A stretch of DNA of 21,231 nt, from positions 1 through 21,231 of the forward strand of contig CAYRPF010000060.1 in NCBI GenBank assembly GCA_964426185.1. Direction: 5' to 3'. This document shows positions 8,254 through 16,355 of this stretch, one piece after another. Each line of letters opens with the position of its first letter. The first letter of the stretch is position 1. This stretch comes from an uncultured archaeon. Lineage in GTDB: Archaea; Asgardarchaeota; Lokiarchaeia; Sigyniarchaeales; Promethearchaeaceae. The translations under genes were made by a program, and so were the position numbers. The notes beneath the pieces are model-generated. The model had not been told where the DNA came from and did not search any database. It saw nothing but the letters and a program-made list of their open reading frames with translations.

Positions 8254-9462
8254 TCAATTCTTATCTTCATAAATTTTGCCTTCCAACTCGAAACCATCGT
8301 GAGATCCACAATGGGGGCAACCTTTTTCCATTAATTCCTCAATCGTGTGAATTTGAGCGTTTTTGCCAATAAAAATGGTCTTCTTACAAGATTTACAAAC
8401 ATAATTTCTGCAGGTCGGAGTAATCTCCCCCGTATAAATCGGCGTTTCCCATGTTTTATCAGATGACACCCTAATTAATGTTTCCTCACTCTTTGAAAAA
8501 GTGCGTTTGGTTGTAATTAATCGATAGAGTTGGGTGATATTTCCTAGAATTTGTGCTCCTTCATAATAATTGAATCGTGGATAAATTTCCACAATAGCCA
8601 GTCCCATTTGGGTGAATAATTCTTGCATCTTCCACATTTCTTCAGGACTACGATGGGCAAATGATAAGTAAATTTCCGTTCCTGGAAAAGGAACCAATAA
8701 ATCAATAGCTCGTGAAAGTACCAGCTGTAACGCTGAAAAAGAATAAGGTGGATCAACCATGATGGTGTTAAAGTAATTTTTATATTCAATCGGAGCGGGA
8801 GTGCGATAATCCCAGTGATGTGTAATGAATTCTGAAGATTTCCATTTTGAATTCTCTTGAATATTAGATAATAACCTATCATCAATATCAAATACCACAA
8901 TTTGCTTAGGAATAAGATGTGGTTCTTCTGGAAAAAATCCACGATACAGCTCGGCAACTGCCATCGATGTATAATCATCGTCACCGAGGAAACCTATGGA
9001 TTTTCCCTCTAATGCGCCGTTTTTGTATAAAAGTAGTGCACGTTGAAGAGAAGTCTCAGCATCAGCATAAGCTTGATCCAATTGTGTGTTAACTTTAGGT
9101 CGTTGTTCAAAAATTTGGTTTAAATAATCGAGTAGATCCTCCCAACGGGGTGATATCCAGATTGGTAAACTATCGCATTCGTCGCATTCGCTAATTCCAA
9201 ATCCATAGAATTGCAATTCTTGCTCAATAAACTTCATTCCCTTTTCAGTGTACAAGATTCCTTCAGGAATACGGTCAAAAACTTCTTTTTCAATTAAGAA
9301 ATTGACAACTTTAGATAAGATTGGGATGGGGATTTTAGTTTGATAGGATAAATCTTGAAGTGAAATATGCCCAGCACGGTAAATTTCCCTTAAAATTGTG
9401 CGATGACCTTCAATTCCTTCCTTTATAGGTATTTTTTCTTGTAATTGAAATAGAAATCTCAT
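8254..9462 (-). CDS. bpsA: Branched-chain polyamine synthase (N4-bis(aminopropyl)spermidine synthase, DUF43) with N-terminal wHTH-like region and C-terminal Zn ribbon
   Basis: RP...LDQAY, LEGKSIGFLGDDDYTS, VFDIDDRL, DPPYS and FNYYEGA motifs; internal CDEC; C-terminal CKSC...CPHC. Confidence 0.85.
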   Translation of the reverse strand: MRFLFQLQEKIPIKEGIEGHRTILREIYRAGHISLQDLSYQTKIPIPILSKVVNFLIEKEVFDRIPEGILYTEKGMKFIEQELQFYGFGISECDECDSLPIWISPRWEDLLDYLNQIFEQRPKVNTQLDQAYADAETSLQRALLLYKNGALEGKSIGFLGDDDYTSMAVAELYRGFFPEEPHLIPKQIVVFDIDDRLLSNIQENSKWKSSEFITHHWDYRTPAPIEYKNYFNTIMVDPPYSFSALQLVLSRAIDLLVPFPGTEIYLSFAHRSPEEMWKMQELFTQMGLAIVEIYPRFNYYEGAQILGNITQLYRLITTKRTFSKSEETLIRVSSDKTWETPIYTGEITPTCRNYVCKSCKKTIFIGKNAQIHTIEELMEKGCPHCGSHDGFELEGKIYEDKN

Positions 9463-9549
9463 TTAAATCAGATGTTCTCCAAATATAATTGATTATTAAG
9501 ATACAAGAGCAAAAGAGAAAAAAAAATGTTTGGATCTTTATATGGATGA

Positions 9550-9906
9550 TTAAACTGGATTAAATACTTTAAGCCTGGAACTGCTGGAAATTCGTTTGAT
9601 TATTCCTTTAGCTTCTAAATCCAATAGAAATTTCTTCATAGTCGAAACGCGTACATCATATTTCAAGGCTAATTCATTTGCGGTGATTGCCTTCATCTTA
9701 ACGATTTCTTTTCGCAATTTCTTTTCTAAAGCAAGAGGGAGATATGGATCACGTTGAATAGTCTCTAAAGTTGCAACTTTTCCGTATTTTTTAGCCATTT
9801 TTCGAACTTGGGATTCAACTTGGACTTTATTAATCTTATCATCATCAATAACTAAATCTTCGGATTCTTCTGTTTCTTCTTCCGAGATATTTTTTTTCTT
9901 AGCCAT
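9550..9906 (-). CDS. rps25e: Small-subunit ribosomal protein eS25 (S25e)
   Basis: Winged-helix core KEIVKMKAITANELALKYDVRVSTMKKFLLDLEAKGIIKRI...VFNP. The start was moved from 9960 to ATG 9906 (MAKKK), giving 118 aa. Confidence 0.88.
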   Translation of the reverse strand: MAKKKNISEEETEESEDLVIDDDKINKVQVESQVRKMAKKYGKVATLETIQRDPYLPLALEKKLRKEIVKMKAITANELALKYDVRVSTMKKFLLDLEAKGIIKRISSSSRLKVFNPV

Positions 9907-10128
9907 GGTAGTGCACATCAATTTTAAATTAATGATAGTTAAGTTGGCACAATGTCGCATAATTAAAAAATTTTGGCTTTTCCTTGCGAAAAGGGGTATT
10001 TTTGGGGATTCAAAGCAACTTATTCATCAGCAATAAATGGAATAGAGTATTAATGAAAAGTAGGAAAAATTTCGGAAGAAATGTAATAGGAAATTGGTGA
10101 TTCCGCGCATTTGGAAAGGTGTTAATCT

Positions 10129-10782
10129 ATGGGAAAAAATCGACAAGAACGAAAAAAAAAAGTATATGAATTTTTTATTAAATACCAACGCCCTGAAGAA
10201 TTCGCTAAAGATCCCCTAAAATATTACAATGCTGATAGGGTCAAAGAATATGCAGAATCAAAAGCTTTAATGCGAATTCAAGAGGGAATTACTAAAAGAT
10301 GCGTGGAACTGGTACAAGCTGTCCCTCCATCGTTGTTTCTTGATCTTGGTGCTGGATGTGGTTTTTCTTCTTTATATTTAAAAATCAAAGGATTTCGAAC
10401 CGTTGGTATGGATATCAATCGAATTTTTCTTTCTTATTATTCACTTTTCGAAACTAATCCTATTCAAGGGGATTTACGAGAATTCACATGGCGTCCCAAC
10501 TCAGTTGACTTTATTATCTCAATTTCCGCCGTTCAGTGGTTATTGGCAGAAGATGATGAATTATTACGTAAAAGATATCTATATCGGCTGTCACATTTTT
10601 GTGCTTCTGCTTTAAAACCTCAGGGAAAATTAGTCTTTCAATTTTTCCCTAAATCTAATGAAGCTATGATGGAATTAGGTCATACTTTTTTGGAAACTAA
10701 TGCCTTTGAAGGAAATTTTGTTATTGATAACCCCGATAATCCTAAAAAAAGGCGTATATTTTTGTTACTCACCCGTAAATAA
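10129..10782 (+). CDS. bud23: Bud23/WBSCR22-like class I SAM-dependent rRNA m7G methyltransferase, copy 1
   Basis: RPEE...YYN...Y...IQ..IT.RC.EL, LDLGAGCGFS, ISISAVQWL, QFFP and GNFVIDNPDNPKKRRIFLLL match the remembered Bud23 motifs RPE, ISISAIQWL, QFYP and GGLVVDxP..KK.YLVL. Confidence 0.82.
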   Translation: MGKNRQERKKKVYEFFIKYQRPEEFAKDPLKYYNADRVKEYAESKALMRIQEGITKRCVELVQAVPPSLFLDLGAGCGFSSLYLKIKGFRTVGMDINRIFLSYYSLFETNPIQGDLREFTWRPNSVDFIISISAVQWLLAEDDELLRKRYLYRLSHFCASALKPQGKLVFQFFPKSNEAMMELGHTFLETNAFEGNFVIDNPDNPKKRRIFLLLTRK

Positions 10783-10807
10783 CGATTCAGAAGAGAACCC
10801 GAAAAAA

Positions 10808-11614
10808 ATGCCAAAAAAAAAGGTTTCTTACAAAAATCCTAAAAAGAAAAACCAAAAAAAAAACTTGTATAAGCATAAATCATTACCCCGCTCACATTCA
10901 GAAACTAAAAAGAAAGGATGGGGTAATCGTCCCTCTATTGATGAATATTTCGGGCTAGAAGCCGAATTATATGCCAGATCGAATTGGATGAAACGAAACC
11001 AGCAAAAAACTGCAAGATATGCTGTTGAATTATTGAAATCTAACCAGTTTTTTCAAAAAAATTCCTTCAATTTAGATGTTAAGGATGAAATTCCAAATGG
11101 GTCTGATTCTTCCGTAATTGGTAAAAATATTCAATCAAAAAATCCAGTGGAATATCCTTGTATCAGTTTAGATTTGGGATGTGGTACGGGTTATTCCAGT
11201 CATATTTTGGCAGAAAACTTTGCTCGGGTTTTAGGTGTGGATTTTTCCCGCGACATGCTCACTTTTACTTCTCTTAATCATCCAAATACTTCTATCCATT
11301 TTATTCAAGCCGATTTAAGGGCATTACCATTTCGTGAACATCTATTCTCTGTGGCTATCTCCATCTCTGCCTTCAATTTCGTTTCAGAGGGAGCACGTGA
11401 AAAATCCACTGTGAAAAAACAAATAAGAAAAGCTTTTTCTGATCTCCGTTGGTGTTTGCAGAATTATGGCAAAGTTGTGATCGAGTTTTATCCAACTCCT
11501 CTGGAAGAAATGTTCTTCATGCAAGTATTAAAGGAATTAAACTTTCAAGGCGGGCTTCTCCGCAACGATCCAGACACGCGGAAAGAAAAAAAATATCTTG
11601 TTCTTCAAAAATGA
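10808..11614 (+). CDS. Bud23/WBSCR22-like methyltransferase, divergent copy 2 with Lys-rich N-terminal extension
   Basis: LDLGCGTGYS, GVDFSRDML, LPFR, ISISAFNF, EFYP and FQGGLLRNDPDTRKEKKYLVL. ATG 10808 (MPKKK) is preferred to 10700, which would overlap copy 1 by 83 nt. Confidence 0.75.
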   Translation: MPKKKVSYKNPKKKNQKKNLYKHKSLPRSHSETKKKGWGNRPSIDEYFGLEAELYARSNWMKRNQQKTARYAVELLKSNQFFQKNSFNLDVKDEIPNGSDSSVIGKNIQSKNPVEYPCISLDLGCGTGYSSHILAENFARVLGVDFSRDMLTFTSLNHPNTSIHFIQADLRALPFREHLFSVAISISAFNFVSEGAREKSTVKKQIRKAFSDLRWCLQNYGKVVIEFYPTPLEEMFFMQVLKELNFQGGLLRNDPDTRKEKKYLVLQK

Positions 11615-11743
11615 TTATTTTTTCTTGATCAAATATGATCACATTTAAATTAGCTGTGGAATATGTCTCTTAAAAAACCATAAAATTTTTTGAAGGTTAT
11701 GCAAAAATCGCAAATTTTTTTTATTGCGTTGCATTTCCAATCT

Positions 11744-11887
11744 TAGTAGTTTGGCGAAAGAATTAAAAACTCTTTTGCGGGTAGGACTGAAAGGAGAATC
11801 CAATTTGGACTGGATATTTTCTTTACCGGTTCTTTCTTCCTTTTAATAATAGCCTAGCTGTCAAAAGAGGTTCTCCGTCAATATCTA
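11744..11887 (+). ncRNA. Candidate structured RNA or 5' leader upstream of rps10
   Basis: Nested pairings: TTGGCG(11751)/CGTCAA(11876), CTCTTTTG(11770)/CAAAAGAG(11862), CGGGTAGG/CCTAGCTG, and an inner hairpin AAAGGAGA-ATCCA...TGGAT-A-TTTTCTTT. Several G-U pairs favour the + strand. No family recognised. Confidence 0.4.
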
Positions 11888-11913
11888 AATAAATGTCCTA
11901 ACCGTGAAAAATT

Positions 11914-12219
11914 ATGCAAAGAGCTCGTATTCGATTAAGTTCACCTGATTTAGAAGCTTTACAAGATGTTATTAAAGAAATTAACCGTGTAGTTGTAAAA
12001 ACTGGAGTAAAACAATATGGTCCCGTCCCATTACCTACCAAAAAGTTGACCATTCCGACTCGGAGAACACCATGTGGTCAAGGAACCAGCACGTGGGAAA
12101 CTTGGGAACTTAGGATTCATAAACGTTTGATCGATATCAATGCCGATGAGCGTTCAATGATATTGATCATGAAAATTATCTTTCCGGAAAGCGTCTTGGT
12201 AGAAATTGAGTTAATTTAA
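11914..12219 (+). CDS. rps10: Small-subunit ribosomal protein uS10 (archaeal S10 / eukaryotic S20 type)
   Basis: ARIRLSS, GPVPLPTKKLTIPTRRTPCGQGTSTWETWELRIHKRLIDI; 101 aa. Confidence 0.97.
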   Translation: MQRARIRLSSPDLEALQDVIKEINRVVVKTGVKQYGPVPLPTKKLTIPTRRTPCGQGTSTWETWELRIHKRLIDINADERSMILIMKIIFPESVLVEIELI

Positions 12220-12292
12220 ATCACTGATTTTTTTCTTGCACTTTTTTATCTCTTTAAAATTATTAACCAAATTTGCTGATGATTTGGAGTAA

Positions 12293-13084
12293 TTACTCAT
12301 AATTTAATTTTCCATAATTTTTAGTGCCAATTTGATCTTTATATTTGTTTACCGCTGATTTCATTATTTTGAAAAACATCCAATTGAAAAACGCTCCGAA
12401 CAACCGGTAGAATAGATTTATTCGACATTCATAATAATAAATTTTGTTTAACCAATTCATGCCCTGCCAATAGGGAAAATCATTTGGAAATACCGTTTTT
12501 GCTAGAACTTTCTTAACTTGAAATTGAATAATTTGATTCAATGTGGGTCGGTGAAATTTAGGATCTAGGTAAATATAATGAATAAATCTATCTATTATGG
12601 CATTATTCTTTTTCATATGGCTATTTCTCTTGCTCGCCCAGATATTTCCGATGGAATGTGCTCCCCAATTTACACCTACAATCGTTAAATACTTTAAAAC
12701 AATGTTTAAACCTGAACTTGAGGTGGTAGTTACTCCAAGATATGGTTTGCCAGTTAAAATCGGGCTATGAGCCCATTTTACCGTTTTATCAATGAACATC
12801 TTCATCTTTCCACTAACATTGTTATTATATACAGGAGATGCAATGATGATTCCATCTGAATTTTGAATCTTTTCCGTTATTTTGGGCATATCATCTTTGA
12901 TAGGACAGCCATCTCCTAAGACACAATTTTCGCAACCACGACAATCTTTTATATCGAGTTCATTTAGATGAATGATTTCCATTTTGATTGAATTTTCATT
13001 TAATCGTTTTTCAATGTATTTCAATAGATTATGAGTGTTTCCTTCCCGTTTTCCTCCTAAAATCGCAATAACTTGTTTGTCCAT
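12293..13084 (-). CDS. Flavodoxin-fold iron-sulfur flavoprotein / NADPH-dependent FMN reductase family protein
   Basis: GGKREGNT phosphate loop, CRGCENC...CPIKDDM cluster motif, DGIIIASPVY, MKMFIDK. Confidence 0.88.
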   Translation of the reverse strand: MDKQVIAILGGKREGNTHNLLKYIEKRLNENSIKMEIIHLNELDIKDCRGCENCVLGDGCPIKDDMPKITEKIQNSDGIIIASPVYNNNVSGKMKMFIDKTVKWAHSPILTGKPYLGVTTTSSSGLNIVLKYLTIVGVNWGAHSIGNIWASKRNSHMKKNNAIIDRFIHYIYLDPKFHRPTLNQIIQFQVKKVLAKTVFPNDFPYWQGMNWLNKIYYYECRINLFYRLFGAFFNWMFFKIMKSAVNKYKDQIGTKNYGKLNYE

Positions 13085-13233
13085 TTCATCAAAACCTGTA
13101 ATCTTTGAGTTTATAATGTATTTCTCTTTTTTATAAATACTTTATAAATCTTTTAATCTATATTTATAATTCTTTTATTATTTTTCTTCATTTCCATTGT
13201 TTAGCTCGGCTTTTTAACCAAAAAAAGTAAATT

Positions 13234-14505
13234 TCAAGATTTTTTTTGGAATAATACAATCCTGTTTGAATTTGTCCCCCTTTTATTGTTTGAAATCCCC
13301 CATATGTTTGATGTTTTGGTAAAAACTTGCTGATTTATCAATATAGCAATTGGAATAAAGCCTGCTTTACATCCTATGGGAAGTATTAATTCATCTAATG
13401 AAGTGGTTCCTCGATTAACTTCTCCCACTTCAAATGCTACCCATCCATTTGGCTTTACTTTGTGATGAAATTCATTAAAGCATTCTGCCATAAAATTCTG
13501 CCACTCTCTGATATTACTGGTACACATAATTTTCTGGTCAATTTCATCTATATTTAAAGAATTAAACCAGCCCCTCAACCAATTATCTTGGGAATACTGC
13601 ACCACGTTTAAGAATGGTGGTGATGTAACGATTAGTTGAATGCTATCATCTTTTATTTCGGGTGTATATCTTGCATCTTTGGATAAAAACAGTCCATTCT
13701 TTCCATTTTTTCTCAGATTCTCTTTCTGAATGGGGGATAAATTTCTCATCAATGATTTGGATTTTTTCAATATTCGGTGAATAATTGGTCTATATTCAGG
13801 AACTTGACTCCTTTTTTCATTAATCTTCCGCTGTCGTTCTGCTGAAACTGCTTGGTTAGGAGGTAATGTATATACAGAAAAAAAACCGGTAGAATGCCCT
13901 GTTAATCTGTTAGTTGCCACCATTCGGATCCATTGATCGATTTCGTCTTCTTCGCCTAATTGATGGCGCTGCAGTAAATAATTACGAAGTGAAACAATTT
14001 CTGCTTCTGTTTTAGGGTGATAAAACATGGAAAGATCAATTTCTGCCCGTTGGGAATAATTTATGGAAAGATTTTCCAATCTGTCCTTAATATCAGAAAG
14101 AGTAGGAATAAAAAATCGGGGTTTACAGAGAATTTTACTTAAAGGATTTACATCGTTTTGAATTATTTGCCGATTGAGCAAGCCCGCTTCAATTACTGTG
14201 GTTCCCCTTCCGCTGAAAGGATCATAAACAATATCTCCTTCTGTTGTGAATAATTCTATAAAAAATCGGGGTAGTTGAGCCTTAAAACATGCTCTATATG
14301 AAATTTCATGGAGTGAATGACCTTGTCGCTGCTTAGCAGTCCAAAATTCATTGATATATTTTGGCACCTTCACAGAATCTAACTGGAAGAATTTTACTTG
14401 AGTTTGTGTTTCTTCTGTATTATTTTGGCTCGATTTGAGATTTTTTAAAGAGTCTAAAGTAAATTCTTGTAAAAAACGATGTAAATTCTTTGGGCTGTCA
14501 ATCAT
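13234..14505 (-). CDS. Site-specific DNA methyltransferase (amino-MTase, probably N4-cytosine; motif I precedes motif IV)
   Basis: SAM-binding VYDPFSGRGTT and catalytic IVTSPPF, separated by a region of about 190 aa. Confidence 0.85.
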   Translation of the reverse strand: MIDSPKNLHRFLQEFTLDSLKNLKSSQNNTEETQTQVKFFQLDSVKVPKYINEFWTAKQRQGHSLHEISYRACFKAQLPRFFIELFTTEGDIVYDPFSGRGTTVIEAGLLNRQIIQNDVNPLSKILCKPRFFIPTLSDIKDRLENLSINYSQRAEIDLSMFYHPKTEAEIVSLRNYLLQRHQLGEEDEIDQWIRMVATNRLTGHSTGFFSVYTLPPNQAVSAERQRKINEKRSQVPEYRPIIHRILKKSKSLMRNLSPIQKENLRKNGKNGLFLSKDARYTPEIKDDSIQLIVTSPPFLNVVQYSQDNWLRGWFNSLNIDEIDQKIMCTSNIREWQNFMAECFNEFHHKVKPNGWVAFEVGEVNRGTTSLDELILPIGCKAGFIPIAILINQQVFTKTSNIWGISNNKRGTNSNRIVLFQKKS

Positions 14506-14549
14506 TTATTTAGAAAAAGAACTTAAACTTTTAAATTCCTTTGTGAGAA

Positions 14550-15455
14550 ATGATAGTTATGTGGATTGAACTATTTGAATGGATGGTTGTTGGAAGTTTC
14601 GTTATCGCTCTCGTAGGATTAATTATTTGTAAAAAATGGATTATAATTAGCGAGCTTTTTGCAGGGGCCATTTTTGGGGTAATGTTAGAATACATAAACA
14701 TCGCTCTTTTTCAAGGTTATACTTATCATGCAGATTTTTTACTGCAGTTAGGGAAACCCCCGAATAATGTTCCAGTAGCAATAGGAATGGCTTGGGGGTT
14801 GTTGGGAATTAGTACCTTAAACATTAGTGAACGGTGGCAGACATTTCCGATAATTCAAATATTGTTTGCCGTAATAATCGCAGTTTCCTATGATCTTTTA
14901 CTAGATGTAGTGGTTACCCGTTTAGAAGGTGGATTTTGGATCTGGGCAGGATTTCCTTTGGAATGGACTATTACTTCAAAAGCCCTTTATGGTGTTCCAT
15001 GGGGTAATTTCATAGGTTGGTTTTTTGTAATGTTTTACTTTGGGTTTTTTAGAAAAATAGGGAGGAAATTGCTTAGCAAACCGAATTGGTGGAAAAATAT
15101 TCTCCGAATGTTGATAATTCCAATTGCTTCAAACGTATCTTTATTGATTACATTGCTGTTACTGGGAATTATAGGAGCAATGCCGTATGGTTCAATTATC
15201 TTTGGGATTCTTTATGGCGGTAGTATTCTTTTAGTGTTAGGGTTTATAATTTTCAAACATCCAGAAATAGAAAAAGTGAAATTTTCTTATACTATTTTCT
15301 TTTGGATTGGAAATTATCTTTATTTAATTATTGTCACGATTCTTGAGCATTTCTGGGCAAATATACAGTTATACCTAATTATTTGTGTGCTTTTTTTTGT
15401 TTTAACCTTGTTTGTAGACATTTTTTCGATTAAATTTAAGCGAAACCCAAATTAA
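14550..15455 (+). CDS. CruF/DUF422-like (carotenoid hydratase family) polytopic membrane protein
   Basis: Family motifs E...Y.Y, VPVAIGMAW, YDLLLDVV, GFWIW and YGVPWGNFIGWF; many hydrophobic segments. Confidence 0.7.
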   Translation: MIVMWIELFEWMVVGSFVIALVGLIICKKWIIISELFAGAIFGVMLEYINIALFQGYTYHADFLLQLGKPPNNVPVAIGMAWGLLGISTLNISERWQTFPIIQILFAVIIAVSYDLLLDVVVTRLEGGFWIWAGFPLEWTITSKALYGVPWGNFIGWFFVMFYFGFFRKIGRKLLSKPNWWKNILRMLIIPIASNVSLLITLLLLGIIGAMPYGSIIFGILYGGSILLVLGFIIFKHPEIEKVKFSYTIFFWIGNYLYLIIVTILEHFWANIQLYLIICVLFFVLTLFVDIFSIKFKRNPN

Positions 15456-15527
15456 GGGGAATTTGACAAGATTTTTTTGAAATCTTTCATTTTTTCACTC
15501 ATTAAAATTAAGGAAAATTAGAAATAG

Positions 15528-16106
15528 ATGAGTTTTTTCACTGAAATCTTATCAATTCTCTTGCTAAGTGTAGGATTAAGCATGGACAGTTTGGCGTTAG
15601 CAGTTTCATGCGGATTGCAATATTCCCCCCATAAGCAGACCGAGGCGTTAAAAGTTGCAATTATTTTTGCATTAACTCAAGCCACTACTCCAATAATCGG
15701 TTATTTTTCAGGAAAATTATTTGCAAATCTAATGGCACCTTTCGATCATTGGGTAGCATTTATTTTACTTGCCTTAATTGGAGGTCATATGATAAAAGAA
15801 GGCATCAGCCACCATAACGGAGGGGAATGCATTGAAAGAAAACTAACACTGTGGGTTTTATTTACAATGGGCGTAGCCACTAGTATCGATGCACTGGCGG
15901 CTGGCATTAGCTTAATTGCTACAAATTTAAACATCCCCCTAACTATATTTTCAATTTTTATTGGAACCTTCATTTTTTCATATTGTGGTTATATGTTCGG
16001 TAAAAAACTCGGTGATATATTTCAAGTGAAAGCAGAAATTTTCGGTGGAATTGTTTTGGTTTTGCTGGGGATAAAAATTGTGGTTGAACATTTATTTTTT
16101 CAATAA
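15528..16106 (+). CDS. mntP: Manganese efflux pump MntP family protein
   Basis: GLSMDSLALAV, DHWVAFILLALIGGHMIKE, ATSIDALAAG, AEIFGGIVLVLLGIKI. Confidence 0.92.
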   Translation: MSFFTEILSILLLSVGLSMDSLALAVSCGLQYSPHKQTEALKVAIIFALTQATTPIIGYFSGKLFANLMAPFDHWVAFILLALIGGHMIKEGISHHNGGECIERKLTLWVLFTMGVATSIDALAAGISLIATNLNIPLTIFSIFIGTFIFSYCGYMFGKKLGDIFQVKAEIFGGIVLVLLGIKIVVEHLFFQ

Positions 16107-16113
16107 TTTGCGA

Positions 16114-16170
16114 TTAGATAAATTTATACGACAATACATGCGAAAGGAAAAGGTACCTGGTTTGGCAATG
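16114..16170 (+). pseudogene. 19-codon relic of a serine-hydrolase paralog N-terminus
   Basis: LDKFIRQYMRKEKVPGLAM versus LDRFIRNYMRKGKVPGLAI at 16386-16442 (15/19 identical). Similarity stops abruptly. Confidence 0.75.
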
Positions 16171-16355
16171 GTTGTGAATGGTAAATTTTGTAGAGATTTC
16201 TTCCTTTCAGTTAATTTCACCCTTTGGATTGCTTGGAAAATCTATCTATTAATATCTAATTCACGTGCAGAATGCCGAAAGTTAGCAAAAAAAAAATTTT
16301 TTTGGCTCTCGTATTTAGCTAACATTTTAATATATACCTATCTTGAAAGAGAATT

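Noticed and set aside
7684-8984. ORFs 7684..7917, 7697..7954, 8051..8257 and 8544..8984
   Set aside because: They are shadow frames within protease B and bpsA. Their periodic sequences come from the 15-bp repeat.
10700-10807. Possible +1 frameshift fusing the two Bud23-like genes (open overlap, A7 run near 10744)
   Set aside because: A shift there would remove the conserved last strand of copy 1. Copy 2 has its own ATG at 10808, and A-runs are common in this sequence.
15456-15527. yybP-ykoY manganese riboswitch upstream of mntP
   Set aside because: The intergenic region is only 72 bp, very AT-rich and lacks the expected helices.
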